From Mycolicibacterium smegmatis (GTDB lineage: Bacteria; Actinomycetota; Actinomycetes; Mycobacteriales; Mycobacteriaceae), in contig NZ_LN831039.1 of assembly GCF_001457595.1 (NCBI RefSeq), positions 1,770,001-1,802,000 on the forward strand: 32,000 bases of DNA, in the 5' to 3' direction. Below are positions 1 to 8,880 of this stretch, one piece after another; within the stretch, counting starts at the first letter, position 1, and each line of letters starts with the position of its first letter. The position numbers were made by a program, and so were the translations under genes. The notes under the pieces are model-generated. The model searched no databases. It saw only the letters and a list, made by a program, of their open reading frames with translations, and was not told the origin of the DNA.

Positions 1-641
1 CCGAATTTCCCGGCGCGCCCCGCAGCCACCCCCGACAACGCGTCCTCGAACACCGCCGCGTGCGCGGGAGTTACGTCCAGCAGTTGGGCGGCACGCAGGA
101 AACTGTCGGGAGCGGGCTTGCCGCTGAGGTTCTCGTCGCGCATCGTCACGCCGTCGACCCGGTGCTCGATCAGCGGTGCGAGTCCGGTGATCTCCAGCAC
201 CTCACGCGTGTTGGCACTCGACGACACCACGGCGCGCCGCAGACCGGCGGACGCGGCCGCCTCCAGATACCGTCGTGACCCCTCGAACACCTCGACGCCA
301 TCCTTGCGCAACGTCGTGTGGAACATGTCGTTCTTGCGGTTTCCCAGCCCGTGCACGGTCTCGGCGTCGGGCGGATCATCCGGCCCGCCCTCGGGCAGTT
401 CGATGCCGCGGCTCGACAGGAACGACCGGACGCCGTCCTCTCGCCGCTTGCCGTCGACGTACCGCAGGTAGTCGTCGGCGATGTCGAACGGCACGAACGG
501 TTCCCCGGTGGACTGCGCCCGCGCTCGCAGATAGTCGTCGAACATCGCCTTCCACGCCTTTTTGTGCACGCTGGCCGTGTCGGTGAGCACGCCGTCCAGG
601 TCGAACAGGCACGCCGTGATCTGCTCGGGGAGCCCCAGCAC
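1..641 (-). CDS. HAD-superfamily hydrolase (beta-phosphoglucomutase-like), truncated at window edge
   Basis: Minus-strand reading frame from GTG at 641 gives [30 protein letters not shown]..., containing the HAD motif DLDGVLTD, then VVSSS and [11 protein letters not shown]...[11 protein letters not shown] motifs; open to the window edge. Not listed in the supplied ORF track. Confidence 0.88.
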   Translation of the reverse strand, partial: MLGLPEQITACLFDLDGVLTDTASVHKKAWKAMFDDYLRARAQSTGEPFVPFDIADDYLRYVDGKRREDGVRSFLSSRGIELPEGGPDDPPDAETVHGLGNRKNDMFHTTLRKDGVEVFEGSRRYLEAAASAGLRRAVVSSSANTREVLEITGLAPLIEHRVDGVTMRDENLSGKPAPDSFLRAAQLLDVTPAHAAVFEDALSGVAAGRAGKF

Positions 642-800
642 AAGTCCCTCGCTTCTGTGAGTTTCGTCCTCCGACCACCGCACCACATCGGCACAGTCGC
701 CGCCAGGAGCTTGAGAAAAGCGTTATCGGGGCGGGATAACCATCGAAGCGCGAAGCGAACCACCAGGCCGGGCATCGGCGGGAACGATCAGTGCAGCTCT

Positions 801-806
801 TAGACT
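801..806 (+). promoter_or_regulatory. Candidate -10 element TAGACT for leaderless guaA transcript
   Basis: TAGACT followed by exactly 6 nt (gttgcg) and the GTG start at 813; matches mycobacterial TANNNT -10. Confidence 0.55.
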
Positions 807-812
807 GTTGCG

Positions 813-2375
813 GTGGCATCAGAATCTCCCCGTCCCGTTCTCGTCATCGACTACGGCGCGCAGTACGCCCAGCTGATCGCACGGCGGGTCCGTGAGGCGC
901 GGGTGTATTCGGAAGTCGTCCCGCACACCGCAGGCGTCGAGGAGATCAAGGCCAAGGATCCCCAGGCCATCGTGTTGTCGGGTGGACCGGCCAGCGTCTA
1001 CACCGAGGGCGCCCCGCAGCTCGATCCCGCGCTGTTCGACCTGGACGTTCCGGTGTTCGGCATCTGCTACGGCTTCCAGGCCATGGCGCAGGCCCTCGGC
1101 GGCACCGTCGAGCGCACCGGCACCAGCGAGTTCGGCCGCACCGAGCTGCAGGTCACCGGTGGCGACCTGCACTCCGAGCTGCCCGCCACGCAGCCGGTGT
1201 GGATGAGCCACGGCGACGCGGTGACCGCGGCGCCCGAGGGCTTCGACGTGATCGCCTCCAGCGCCGGTGCGCCCGTCGCGGGCTTCGAGAACCGCGCGCG
1301 CCGCCTGGCAGGTGTGCAATATCACCCCGAGGTCCTGCACTCGCCGCACGGCCAGCAGGTGCTCAGCCGGTTCCTGCACGACTTCGCCGGTATCGACGCG
1401 ACGTGGACACCCGCCAACATCGCCGATCAGCTGATCGAGGCGGTGCGTGAGCAGATCGGTGACGGCCGCGCGATCTGCGGCCTGTCCGGCGGCGTGGACT
1501 CCGCCGTGGCCGCGGCGCTGGTGCAGCGCGCCATCGGGGACCGGCTGACGTGTGTGTTCGTCGACCACGGCCTGCTGCGCGCGGGCGAGCGCGCCCAGGT
1601 GCAGCGCGACTTCGTCGCCGCGACCGGCGCCAAGCTGGTCACCGTCGACGTCGCAGACCGGTTCCTGGAAGCGCTGACCGGCGTGACCAACCCCGAGGGC
1701 AAGCGCAAGATCATCGGCCGCGAATTCATCCGCGCGTTCGAGGGCGCGGTGCGTGACCTGGTCGAGGATGAGGGCAGCGGCGACATCGACTTCCTGGTGC
1801 AGGGCACGCTGTACCCCGACGTCGTGGAATCCGGCGGCGGTTCCGGCACGGCCAACATCAAGAGCCATCACAACGTCGGCGGGCTGCCCGACGATCTGAA
1901 GTTCAAGCTCGTCGAGCCGCTGCGGCTGCTGTTCAAGGACGAGGTCCGCGCGGTGGGCCGTGAACTCGGACTCCCCGAGGAAATCGTTGCGCGCCAACCC
2001 TTCCCGGGACCCGGACTCGGCATCCGCATCGTCGGCGAGGTCACCGCGGAGCGGTTGGAGACGCTGCGCCGTGCCGACGCCATCGCGCGTGAGGAACTTA
2101 CGGCCGCCGGCCTGGACAACCAGATCTGGCAGTGCCCGGTGGTGCTGCTGGCCGACGTCCGCTCGGTCGGCGTGCAGGGCGACGGACGTACGTACGGGCA
2201 TCCGATCGTGCTGCGTCCGGTGTCCAGCGAGGACGCCATGACCGCCGACTGGACGCGCGTGCCTTACGAAGTGCTGGAACGCATTTCGACCCGCATCACC
2301 AACGAGGTGCGCGAGGTCAACCGCGTGGTGCTCGACATCACCAGCAAGCCGCCGGGCACCATCGAGTGGGAGTGA
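813..2375 (+). CDS. guaA: GMP synthase (glutamine-hydrolysing)
   Basis: 520 aa ORF; class I amidotransferase domain ([28 protein letters not shown]), ATP-PPase motif [12 protein letters not shown]-terminal KPPGTIEWE. Confidence 0.98.
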   Translation: MASESPRPVLVIDYGAQYAQLIARRVREARVYSEVVPHTAGVEEIKAKDPQAIVLSGGPASVYTEGAPQLDPALFDLDVPVFGICYGFQAMAQALGGTVERTGTSEFGRTELQVTGGDLHSELPATQPVWMSHGDAVTAAPEGFDVIASSAGAPVAGFENRARRLAGVQYHPEVLHSPHGQQVLSRFLHDFAGIDATWTPANIADQLIEAVREQIGDGRAICGLSGGVDSAVAAALVQRAIGDRLTCVFVDHGLLRAGERAQVQRDFVAATGAKLVTVDVADRFLEALTGVTNPEGKRKIIGREFIRAFEGAVRDLVEDEGSGDIDFLVQGTLYPDVVESGGGSGTANIKSHHNVGGLPDDLKFKLVEPLRLLFKDEVRAVGRELGLPEEIVARQPFPGPGLGIRIVGEVTAERLETLRRADAIAREELTAAGLDNQIWQCPVVLLADVRSVGVQGDGRTYGHPIVLRPVSSEDAMTADWTRVPYEVLERISTRITNEVREVNRVVLDITSKPPGTIEWE

Positions 2376-2385
2376 TCGTCCCGTC

Positions 2386-3063
2386 GTGAAGTACACCCCG
2401 GGATGGCAGCCCACACCGGTGGACTGGGCGTCGACGCGGGGCAGGATACTGCTGGCCGCGTCGCAATTGTTCGCTGCTCGTGGGTATTTCGGCACCTCGA
2501 CACGCGACATCGCCGATGCGGTCTCGATTCGCCAGCCCTCGCTCTTCCACCACTTCACCGCCAAGCAGGAGATCTTCCGCACGCTGGTGGAGCTGGATCT
2601 CGGTCCGTCGATCGACCGGGTGCGCCAACGCCTCGCCGAGGAGTCGACGTGGGCCGAGAAGCTCCATCTGACCGTGGCGTGCGATGTCCGCGAGATCCTC
2701 GCGCAACCGTTCGACGCCCGCGGCCTGTATCAGGACGCGGTCCTGGCCATGCCGGAGTTCGACGAGGAGCGGCGCGGCATCGATCTGTTCCACGACCTCG
2801 TCGAGACGCTCATCCGATCGGGGACCGACGCGGGCGAGTTCGTCGACTTCGAAGCCGGCTTCGTCCTGCGGGCGGCCAACGGCGTGATGTTCGAGACGCT
2901 GCGTGAGCAGGGCGGCCCGGCCGGCCGCATGCGCGTGCAGCGTCCTTTGCAGGCCGCCGATTTCGTCCTGCGGGCCGTCATGGTGGACCCCACCGACCTG
3001 CCACGCATCCGCGCCATCACCGAGAATCGCCTGATCAAGGGCGTCCTGCCGGCCCGTCGTTGA
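2386..3063 (+). CDS. TetR/AcrR family transcriptional regulator
   Basis: 225 aa ORF with TetR HTH: RGRILLAASQLFAARGYFGTSTRDIADAVSIRQPSLFHHFTAKQEIFRTLVE. Confidence 0.92.
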   Translation: MKYTPGWQPTPVDWASTRGRILLAASQLFAARGYFGTSTRDIADAVSIRQPSLFHHFTAKQEIFRTLVELDLGPSIDRVRQRLAEESTWAEKLHLTVACDVREILAQPFDARGLYQDAVLAMPEFDEERRGIDLFHDLVETLIRSGTDAGEFVDFEAGFVLRAANGVMFETLREQGGPAGRMRVQRPLQAADFVLRAVMVDPTDLPRIRAITENRLIKGVLPARR

Positions 3064-3139
3064 CGCGGCCGCGCCGCCGCCTGCGATGACCGGAACATTT
3101 CTCAGGTCAATTCGGCGTTAAAACCCACCGATTCGCGTG

Positions 3140-3173
3140 CCTATCGGCCGATAGGCGCCTATCGTTCGATAGG
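3140..3173. promoter_or_regulatory. Two tandem 16-bp palindromes (candidate double operator)
   Basis: CCTATCG-GC-CGATAGG (3140..3155), 2 bp, CCTATCG-TT-CGATAGG (3158..3173); both have perfect 7-bp arms; centres 18 bp apart; 32 bp upstream of the 3206 start. Confidence 0.8.
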
Positions 3174-3205
3174 CAAGGTCCGGCCCGCTCGCTCCGGAGG
3201 TAATC

Positions 3206-4063
3206 GTGAAAACCGCTCTCAATGTTCTCGCAGTGGGTTTCGCCGCAGTGTCGCTCGCCGGGATGGTGGTCGGGTGCTCGTCATCGGAGGGCGCCACGCC
3301 CACGCCCACCGGCCCCGCGAAGGTCTCGCCACCGGCGGTGCTCACGGCCGACACCTTGAAGATCTGCGCGCCCAACGACGGCACACCGCCCAGCGTCTAT
3401 CACGACGAAAGCGGTGACCTGGTGGGCAGCGAGGTGGATCTCGGCAAGGCCCTCGCGGCGAACCTGGGTCTCGAACCCGAGTTCGTGCAGTCGGCGTTCG
3501 CGGCCGTCATCCCCACATTGCAGGCCAAGCAGTGCGACGTGATCATGGCCCAGCTCTACATCAAGCCCGAGCGGGAGAAGGTCGTCGACTTCGTTCCCTA
3601 CGTCTACTCGGGCACCGGCATCGCGGTGTCCAAGGCGCACCCCGCCGCGATCACCGGCATGGACGACAGCCTGTGCGGCAAGAAAGTGATGGTCGCCGTG
3701 GGCACCACTGCCGAGGTGCTCTCACAGGAACAGTCCGACAAATGCACTGCGGCCGGCAAGTCACCGGTCGACATCAACCGCAACAACCACGCCGACGTGT
3801 CGATACAGCAGGTGCAGAACGGCCAGGTGGACGCCTATCTCGACACCGCAGAGACCATCGGCTACTACGAGACCAAGACCGGTGCGCAGATCCAGATGGT
3901 CGGAGAACCGTTCGGCACCATCAAGATCGGCGCTGCGACCCTGAAGGGGAACGCGGCCCTGCACGACGCGATCCAGCAGGCGCTCGAAGCGCTCGAATCC
4001 GACGGCACCTACGACAAGATCCTCGATCAGTGGGGCCAGAGCGAGCTGTCGATCCAGAAGTGA
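3206..4063 (+). CDS. ABC transporter substrate-binding lipoprotein (family 3, polar amino-acid type)
   Basis: 285 aa; signal peptide with lipobox GMVVGC; SBP_bac_3-like sequence (SEVDLGKALAANLGLEPEFVQSAFAAVIPTLQAKQCDVIMAQLYIKPEREKVVDFVPYVYSG). Confidence 0.93.
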   Translation: MKTALNVLAVGFAAVSLAGMVVGCSSSEGATPTPTGPAKVSPPAVLTADTLKICAPNDGTPPSVYHDESGDLVGSEVDLGKALAANLGLEPEFVQSAFAAVIPTLQAKQCDVIMAQLYIKPEREKVVDFVPYVYSGTGIAVSKAHPAAITGMDDSLCGKKVMVAVGTTAEVLSQEQSDKCTAAGKSPVDINRNNHADVSIQQVQNGQVDAYLDTAETIGYYETKTGAQIQMVGEPFGTIKIGAATLKGNAALHDAIQQALEALESDGTYDKILDQWGQSELSIQK

Positions 4064-4073
4064 GTGCGGCACA

Positions 4074-4820
4074 ATGAACTTCGACTGGACATTCTTCTGG
4101 AAGAGCCTCCTGACCCCCAGCGACGCGTTCCTGCAGGGGCTGGTGCTCACCATCGTCATCTCGGTCGTCGCAATGGTTCTGGCGACGGTCGCGGGACTGA
4201 TCGTGGCGTTGATGCGGCGGTCTCGGTTCCCCGCGGTGCGATGGGTTGCGGGCGTGTACATCTGGGTGATCCGCGGAACCCCGCTGCTCGTGCAACTGGT
4301 GCTGATCTACACGGGTCTGGCAGCTGCGGGCCTCTACCAGTTCCATGACGTCTCGGTGCTCGGGTTGTCGGTGAAGGCCGCTCTGCAGGCCGCGATCATC
4401 GGGCTGATGATCAACGAGAGCGCCTACATCGCCGAGATCATCCGTGCCGGACTCGATTCGGTGCCGAAAGGGCAGTTCGAGGCCGCGGCGTCGCTGGGTA
4501 TGAAGCCGGTCAAGGTGATGCGGTGGATCATCGTCCCGCAGGCGCTGCGTGTCATGGTGCCGCCCATGGGGAACTCGTTCAACGGTCTGATGAAGACCAC
4601 CTCGGTGCTCAGCGTCATCGGGGTCAGCGAGATGTTCCTGGTCACCCAGTCGATCAGCTCGGCCACCTTCCACACCTTCGAGATCTTCATCGTCGCGGCG
4701 ATCTACTACCTGGCGCTGACCACGATCTGGACATTCATCCAGGCCTGGCTCGAGAACCGCCTGGCCCGGCAACTCGGGATCGAGCAGCGTGTCCCGATCA
4801 CGCAACGGCTGCTGGGTGCC
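4074..4820 (+). CDS. ABC transporter permease (His/Glu/Gln/Arg/opine family); own stop codon lost, frame runs out of register into downstream ATPase sequence (ORF to 5093)
   Basis: Permease sequence with the EAA loop region ([29 protein letters not shown]) up to ...[22 protein letters not shown]; afterwards the frame gives non-homologous [13 protein letters not shown]... antiregister to the ATPase frame. End coordinate is approximate (junction). Confidence 0.85.
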
Positions 4821-5295
4821 CGGCGTTTTCAACCTCTTCCCGCACATGACCGCCGCGGAGAACGTGTGGAACGCACCGGTGCGGGTGCTCGGCACCCCGA
4901 GAGGGAAGGCCGAACAGGACGCGCTGGCGCTGCTGGAACGCGTCGGCCTGGCGGACAAGGCCGACTCCCGGCCGAGTCAGCTCTCGGGTGGACAACAGCA
5001 GCGGGTGGCCATCGCCCGCGCGCTCGCCATGCGCCCCAAGGTGATGTTGTTCGACGAGCCCACCAGCGCGCTGGACGTCGAGATGGTCGGTGAGGTTCTC
5101 GCGGTGATGCGTGAACTCGCCGCCGAGCACATGACCATGGTGGTGGTCACCCACGAGATGCGCTTCGCACGTGAGGTCGCCGACCGCATCGTGGTCATGG
5201 ATGCCGGCCGGATCATCGAAGATGCCCCGCCCGACGAACTTTTCGAGAACCCCCGTCACGAACGCACCAAGGCGTTTCTCTCCACCATCCGCTAG
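4789..5295 (+). pseudogene. Truncated amino-acid ABC transporter ATPase lacking Walker A and Q-loop glutamine
   Basis: Frame reads [24 protein letters not shown]...[43 protein letters not shown]...[16 protein letters not shown]; the N-terminal ~80-90 residues including GxxGxGKS/T are absent and the upstream DNA is permease-coding. ATPase homology starts near 4816. Confidence 0.8.
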
Positions 5296-5308
5296 GAGTC
5301 CTCTCATC

Positions 5309-6883
5309 GTGTCGACTTTCACCGGCGCGCTGGCGTCACCGCATGCCCTGGCCACCGAGGCCGGTATGGCGGCCTTCGCCGAAGGCGGCAACGCGATCGA
5401 CGCCGCCATCAGCGCGGCAGCCGTGCTCACCGTCGTCTACCCGCACAACGTCGCACTGGGCGGCGATCTCATCGCCCTCGTGCGCACACCGGACGGCACC
5501 ATCCGGTGCGTCAACGCATCAGGATGGTCGGGTGCGCGAGCGACGCCCGAGCGGATGCGTGCCCGGCACGGCGGGTCACTGCCTGCCCGTCATGCCGACT
5601 CGGTGACCGTTCCCGGCGGCGTACGCGGCTGGGAGGCGCTGCGCAGCCTGGGTTGCCGGATCAGCTGGGCGCAGACCCTCGCCCCCGCCCAGCGTGCGGC
5701 GGAAACAGGGGTGGCGGTGGCGAAGTCGCTTGCCCACCACATCGCCGATCCGGAGAACGCCGATCTGGACGAATCCGAGGACTTCTGTCGCGTGTTCCGT
5801 CCCGGCGGACGCATGTTGGCCACGGGTGAGGCGCTGGTGCAGCCCGCGCTGGCCGCGACGTTCGCGTCGCTGCGGCGACAGGGTCCCGACGCCTTCTACA
5901 CCGGCGCGCTCGCCGACAGCATGCTCGCGCATCTGGGCAAGCACGGATCCTGTCTCACCGCAGACGATTTCGCAGAATTCACTCCCGAGTTCACCGAACC
6001 GCTGTCGGCGCCCTTCGGCGATCTGACCGTGCTGACCAGCCCGCCCAACACGCATGGGTTCGCGATGCTGCGTGCCTTGCGCGCGATCGAGGAACGCGAT
6101 GTGGCCGATCCGCTGGGCGCAGGCATCGGCACCCTGATGCGAATCTTCCACCACGGCAACGTTTTGCGCGAGCGCCGTCTGGGAGACCCGCGGCTCAGCG
6201 AGATCGACATGGACGCACTGGTCAACGGTGCGCTGGGTGAGGTCGCCGAGTTGGGGACCCATCCCGGTCCGGTGCTGGTGCCCCACGGAGACACCGTCGG
6301 TGTCGCGGCCGCCGATTCAGAAGGCTTCGCGGTGTCGTTGATCCAGAGCGTGTACCACGCGTTCGGATCGGGTCTGATCGATCCCGAGACCGGGGTGCTG
6401 TTCCACAATCGCGGCACCAGCTTCTCGCTGGATTCCGATTCGCCGAATGTCATCGCCCCGCGCAAGCGTCCGGCGCACACGCTCATGCCTGCGTTGACGA
6501 CACGCGACGGCGCGGTCCGGCACGTGCTGGCGACCATGGGCGGACAGGGGCAGCCGCAGATCCTGACCCAGGTCCTGCTGCATGCCGTGGCGGGGGAGTC
6601 CGCCCAGTCGGCGGTGTCCGCGCCGCGCGCGATCGTCGGCGGCCAGGTCGACGGCGCGACCGCCGATTCCGTGGTGGTGGAGGCGGATCTGGAGGCGCAG
6701 GCCCGAGAGTCCCTGCACGCCAGCGGTCTCAGCATGGTCGAGGTGCCCGTGCACACCGAGGCCATGGGCCAGGCCAATGTGGTGTTCGTCGACGCAGGCG
6801 CCATGCAGGCCGCGTCGGACCCGAGGTCCGACGGTGCCGGGATGGTCGCCCACTATCCCCGGGGTCCCCTCGCCGGCGGCTGA
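5309..6883 (+). CDS. Gamma-glutamyltransferase family protein
   Basis: 524 aa from GTG 5309: ALATEAGMAAFAEGGNAIDAAISAAAVLTVVYPHNVALGGD, plus C-terminal MPALTTRDGAVRHVLATMGGQGQPQ. No obvious signal peptide. Listed ORF start 5171 overlaps the ATPase remnant, so the internal GTG is preferred. Confidence 0.9.
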   Translation: MSTFTGALASPHALATEAGMAAFAEGGNAIDAAISAAAVLTVVYPHNVALGGDLIALVRTPDGTIRCVNASGWSGARATPERMRARHGGSLPARHADSVTVPGGVRGWEALRSLGCRISWAQTLAPAQRAAETGVAVAKSLAHHIADPENADLDESEDFCRVFRPGGRMLATGEALVQPALAATFASLRRQGPDAFYTGALADSMLAHLGKHGSCLTADDFAEFTPEFTEPLSAPFGDLTVLTSPPNTHGFAMLRALRAIEERDVADPLGAGIGTLMRIFHHGNVLRERRLGDPRLSEIDMDALVNGALGEVAELGTHPGPVLVPHGDTVGVAAADSEGFAVSLIQSVYHAFGSGLIDPETGVLFHNRGTSFSLDSDSPNVIAPRKRPAHTLMPALTTRDGAVRHVLATMGGQGQPQILTQVLLHAVAGESAQSAVSAPRAIVGGQVDGATADSVVVEADLEAQARESLHASGLSMVEVPVHTEAMGQANVVFVDAGAMQAASDPRSDGAGMVAHYPRGPLAGG

Positions 6884-6890
6884 GGGCAGT

Positions 6891-6911
6891 TCTGCGTGTG
6901 CTCTCGGCAGA
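6891..6911. terminator. Weak hairpin between convergent genes
   Basis: TCTGC (6891..6895) and GCAGA (6907..6911), 5-bp arms with 11-nt loop, between stop 6883 and stop 6917. Confidence 0.25.
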
Positions 6912-6916
6912 GAATG

Positions 6917-7651
6917 TCAGCGGGGTGGGTCGCCGCGCCAGCGGAAGCTGTTGACGTACTTGCCCATGTCGAGCGCGATCTGCAGGTTGGCGCCCGAGGG
7001 CTTGCTGGCGCCCGAGTCGGGGCCGAACTCGTGGAACGGACCCACCGCCGATGCGATGAGGGCCAGGTCGTTCTTGATGGCCACCATGACGATCACACGC
7101 ATGCGCGCATAGCTGGACGTCGCACCCTGGGGCCAGCAGTCGGCGACCAGCCCGTAGCCGGGCTGATAGCCGACCATGGCGTTGGGGATCTCGTAGGCCG
7201 TCTTGGTGTCCGGGAAGGTGCTGCCGACAAGGTCGTTGGCGATCTCCTGCGGGGACCTGCCGCCTGCGGGCCGGCTGAACAGCTGCAGCATGCCGCCGTC
7301 GCCCGCGGTGAACTCCGCGGTGACGCCGGTGTTGTCGCTCGAGATGTTGTACGCCGACCCGTCGACGGGATACGACACCGAGAAGCTGCCGTCGGGTGCG
7401 GTGAACACGGGGTTGATCGCCACCGGCTCACCCGTCGGGGGCGCGCCGCAATCCGGTGGGCACATGTAGCGTGCGGGCGGCTCGCTCACCGAACTCGCGA
7501 TCCACGCGAGCACACCGCCGACGATCGCGATGCTGGTGCACAACACGGCCAGCACCTTCCACAGCGACGGCCTGCGTGTCGGTTCGGCGCGGTAGGTGCC
7601 CTTGGGCACCGCGTACCCGGGGAAGAACCCGGTGGGTGCGGTGGTGGTCAT
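6917..7651 (-). CDS. Conserved hypothetical protein with one N-terminal TM segment and extracytoplasmic domain
   Basis: 244 aa; TM segment VLAVLCTSIAIVGGVLAWIASSV followed by YMCPPDCGAPPTGEPVAINPVFTAPDGSFSVSYP...; start overlaps the upstream gene stop by 4 nt. Confidence 0.8.
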   Translation of the reverse strand: MTTTAPTGFFPGYAVPKGTYRAEPTRRPSLWKVLAVLCTSIAIVGGVLAWIASSVSEPPARYMCPPDCGAPPTGEPVAINPVFTAPDGSFSVSYPVDGSAYNISSDNTGVTAEFTAGDGGMLQLFSRPAGGRSPQEIANDLVGSTFPDTKTAYEIPNAMVGYQPGYGLVADCWPQGATSSYARMRVIVMVAIKNDLALIASAVGPFHEFGPDSGASKPSGANLQIALDMGKYVNSFRWRGDPPR

Positions 7652-8880
7652 CCGGCGTCGGCCCTTCGTTCACGAACCGGCCGGTTCTCACGGCGCTCAT
7701 GGCGTGACGAGCGTGACGACGCATGCGTGGCGGCCCCGCAGTTGGCGCAGAACGCCATGTCGGGAACCACGTTGCCGCAGCGTGGGCACAGAATCGGTTT
7801 GTCCGAGGCGATCTCGTCGTGCTGCTCGTGCAGCAACGCCAGATGCAGGCCGACGCGCAACGCGAACATCGCGACGAGCGCGACCGCCACGTGCACGGCC
7901 AACTGGATCCACTGCGGCACCCGCGCGACGTCGATCAGCCCCAGGCCCGCGTACACGAGGACGACGATCAGCCCGCACCCGAGCATCACCGCCCGCACAT
8001 ACCCGGGATGCTGGTGGACCTTGCTGGGCGGACGCGTGAACCACAGCGCCGCACCGATCAGACCCCCGACGGCGACCGCTGTGAGTGGCACGGCGAAACC
8101 GCGGATCCCCGCCTCGACGAACAGCCCCGACATCGGCCGGTTGCGGGCCACCATGCCGGTGGTGAGTTGCGGGGCCAACCGGGTCAGCGTGGCGGCCGCG
8201 GTGAACGCCGTCGCACCGAGCGCCCCGATCATGAACCCGTCCAACGATTCCCGCGTGGGCGGCCGCACGAGCCGGATCAGCACCGCGGGCATGACCATCA
8301 GCACCAGACCCCCGACGGGCACGCCGAGACCGTTGCGCAACAGCCGGTATCCGGTGATGCCCGAGCCGAGTGGAACGCCATAGGACCGGGCCATCATGGT
8401 GCCGGTGAGCAACACCCAGCCGATCCCGAGCACGATGCCCAGCGCGGCTGTGAGCACCAACGTGCTCTTCGGCAGGTCGCTGAACGCGTCGGACTCCTGC
8501 AGGTAGATGAGGAACAGCAGCGGCAGTCCGAGCGCGGCGACCGCGATCAGCGCCGCGGGCAGACGCAGGTACGCGCACACCACGAGTCCCGCCACCAGCA
8601 CCACCATCGCGATCCGGAACGGGATGCGCGAGCGGTGCGACAGGTGGGGGAACAGTGAACTGGTGATCGCAGGTTTCAGCAGGTGCTCTTCGGGCGCCAC
8701 ACAGGAAGCGGTGACGCGCAACCACTCCGGGCCGTCGCCGGGTTCCTTCTCCAGGTGCACCCCGCACAGGCCGCAGTACTGGCCCTTGGGCACGTCGACC
8801 TTGCACACGCGGCACTCGGTCACCGGGACCTCGTCGGGGCCGGTACGGTCCGGCGTGGTGTCTTCGGGTGGCTGGGTCAT
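7648..8880 (-). CDS. Polytopic membrane protein with N- and C-terminal zinc-ribbon motifs
   Basis: From ATG 8880: CRVCKVDVPKGQYCGLC (CxxC...CxxC), several hydrophobic TM stretches, then CPRCGNVVPDMAFCANCG. Downstream of S53 gene with 4-nt overlap. The listed ORF start (9627) is an over-extension. Confidence 0.85.
   Translation of the reverse strand: MTQPPEDTTPDRTGPDEVPVTECRVCKVDVPKGQYCGLCGVHLEKEPGDGPEWLRVTASCVAPEEHLLKPAITSSLFPHLSHRSRIPFRIAMVVLVAGLVVCAYLRLPAALIAVAALGLPLLFLIYLQESDAFSDLPKSTLVLTAALGIVLGIGWVLLTGTMMARSYGVPLGSGITGYRLLRNGLGVPVGGLVLMVMPAVLIRLVRPPTRESLDGFMIGALGATAFTAAATLTRLAPQLTTGMVARNRPMSGLFVEAGIRGFAVPLTAVAVGGLIGAALWFTRPPSKVHQHPGYVRAVMLGCGLIVVLVYAGLGLIDVARVPQWIQLAVHVAVALVAMFALRVGLHLALLHEQHDEIASDKPILCPRCGNVVPDMAFCANCGAATHASSRSSRHERRENRPVRERRADAG

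Noticed and set aside
819-2582. 587-aa minus-strand ORF opposite guaA
   Set aside because: Antisense to a highly conserved gene; composition typical of a GC-rich mirror frame.
3921-4958. 345-aa minus-strand ORF opposite the ABC transporter genes
   Set aside because: Crosses two plus-strand genes and the deletion junction; no recognisable protein features.
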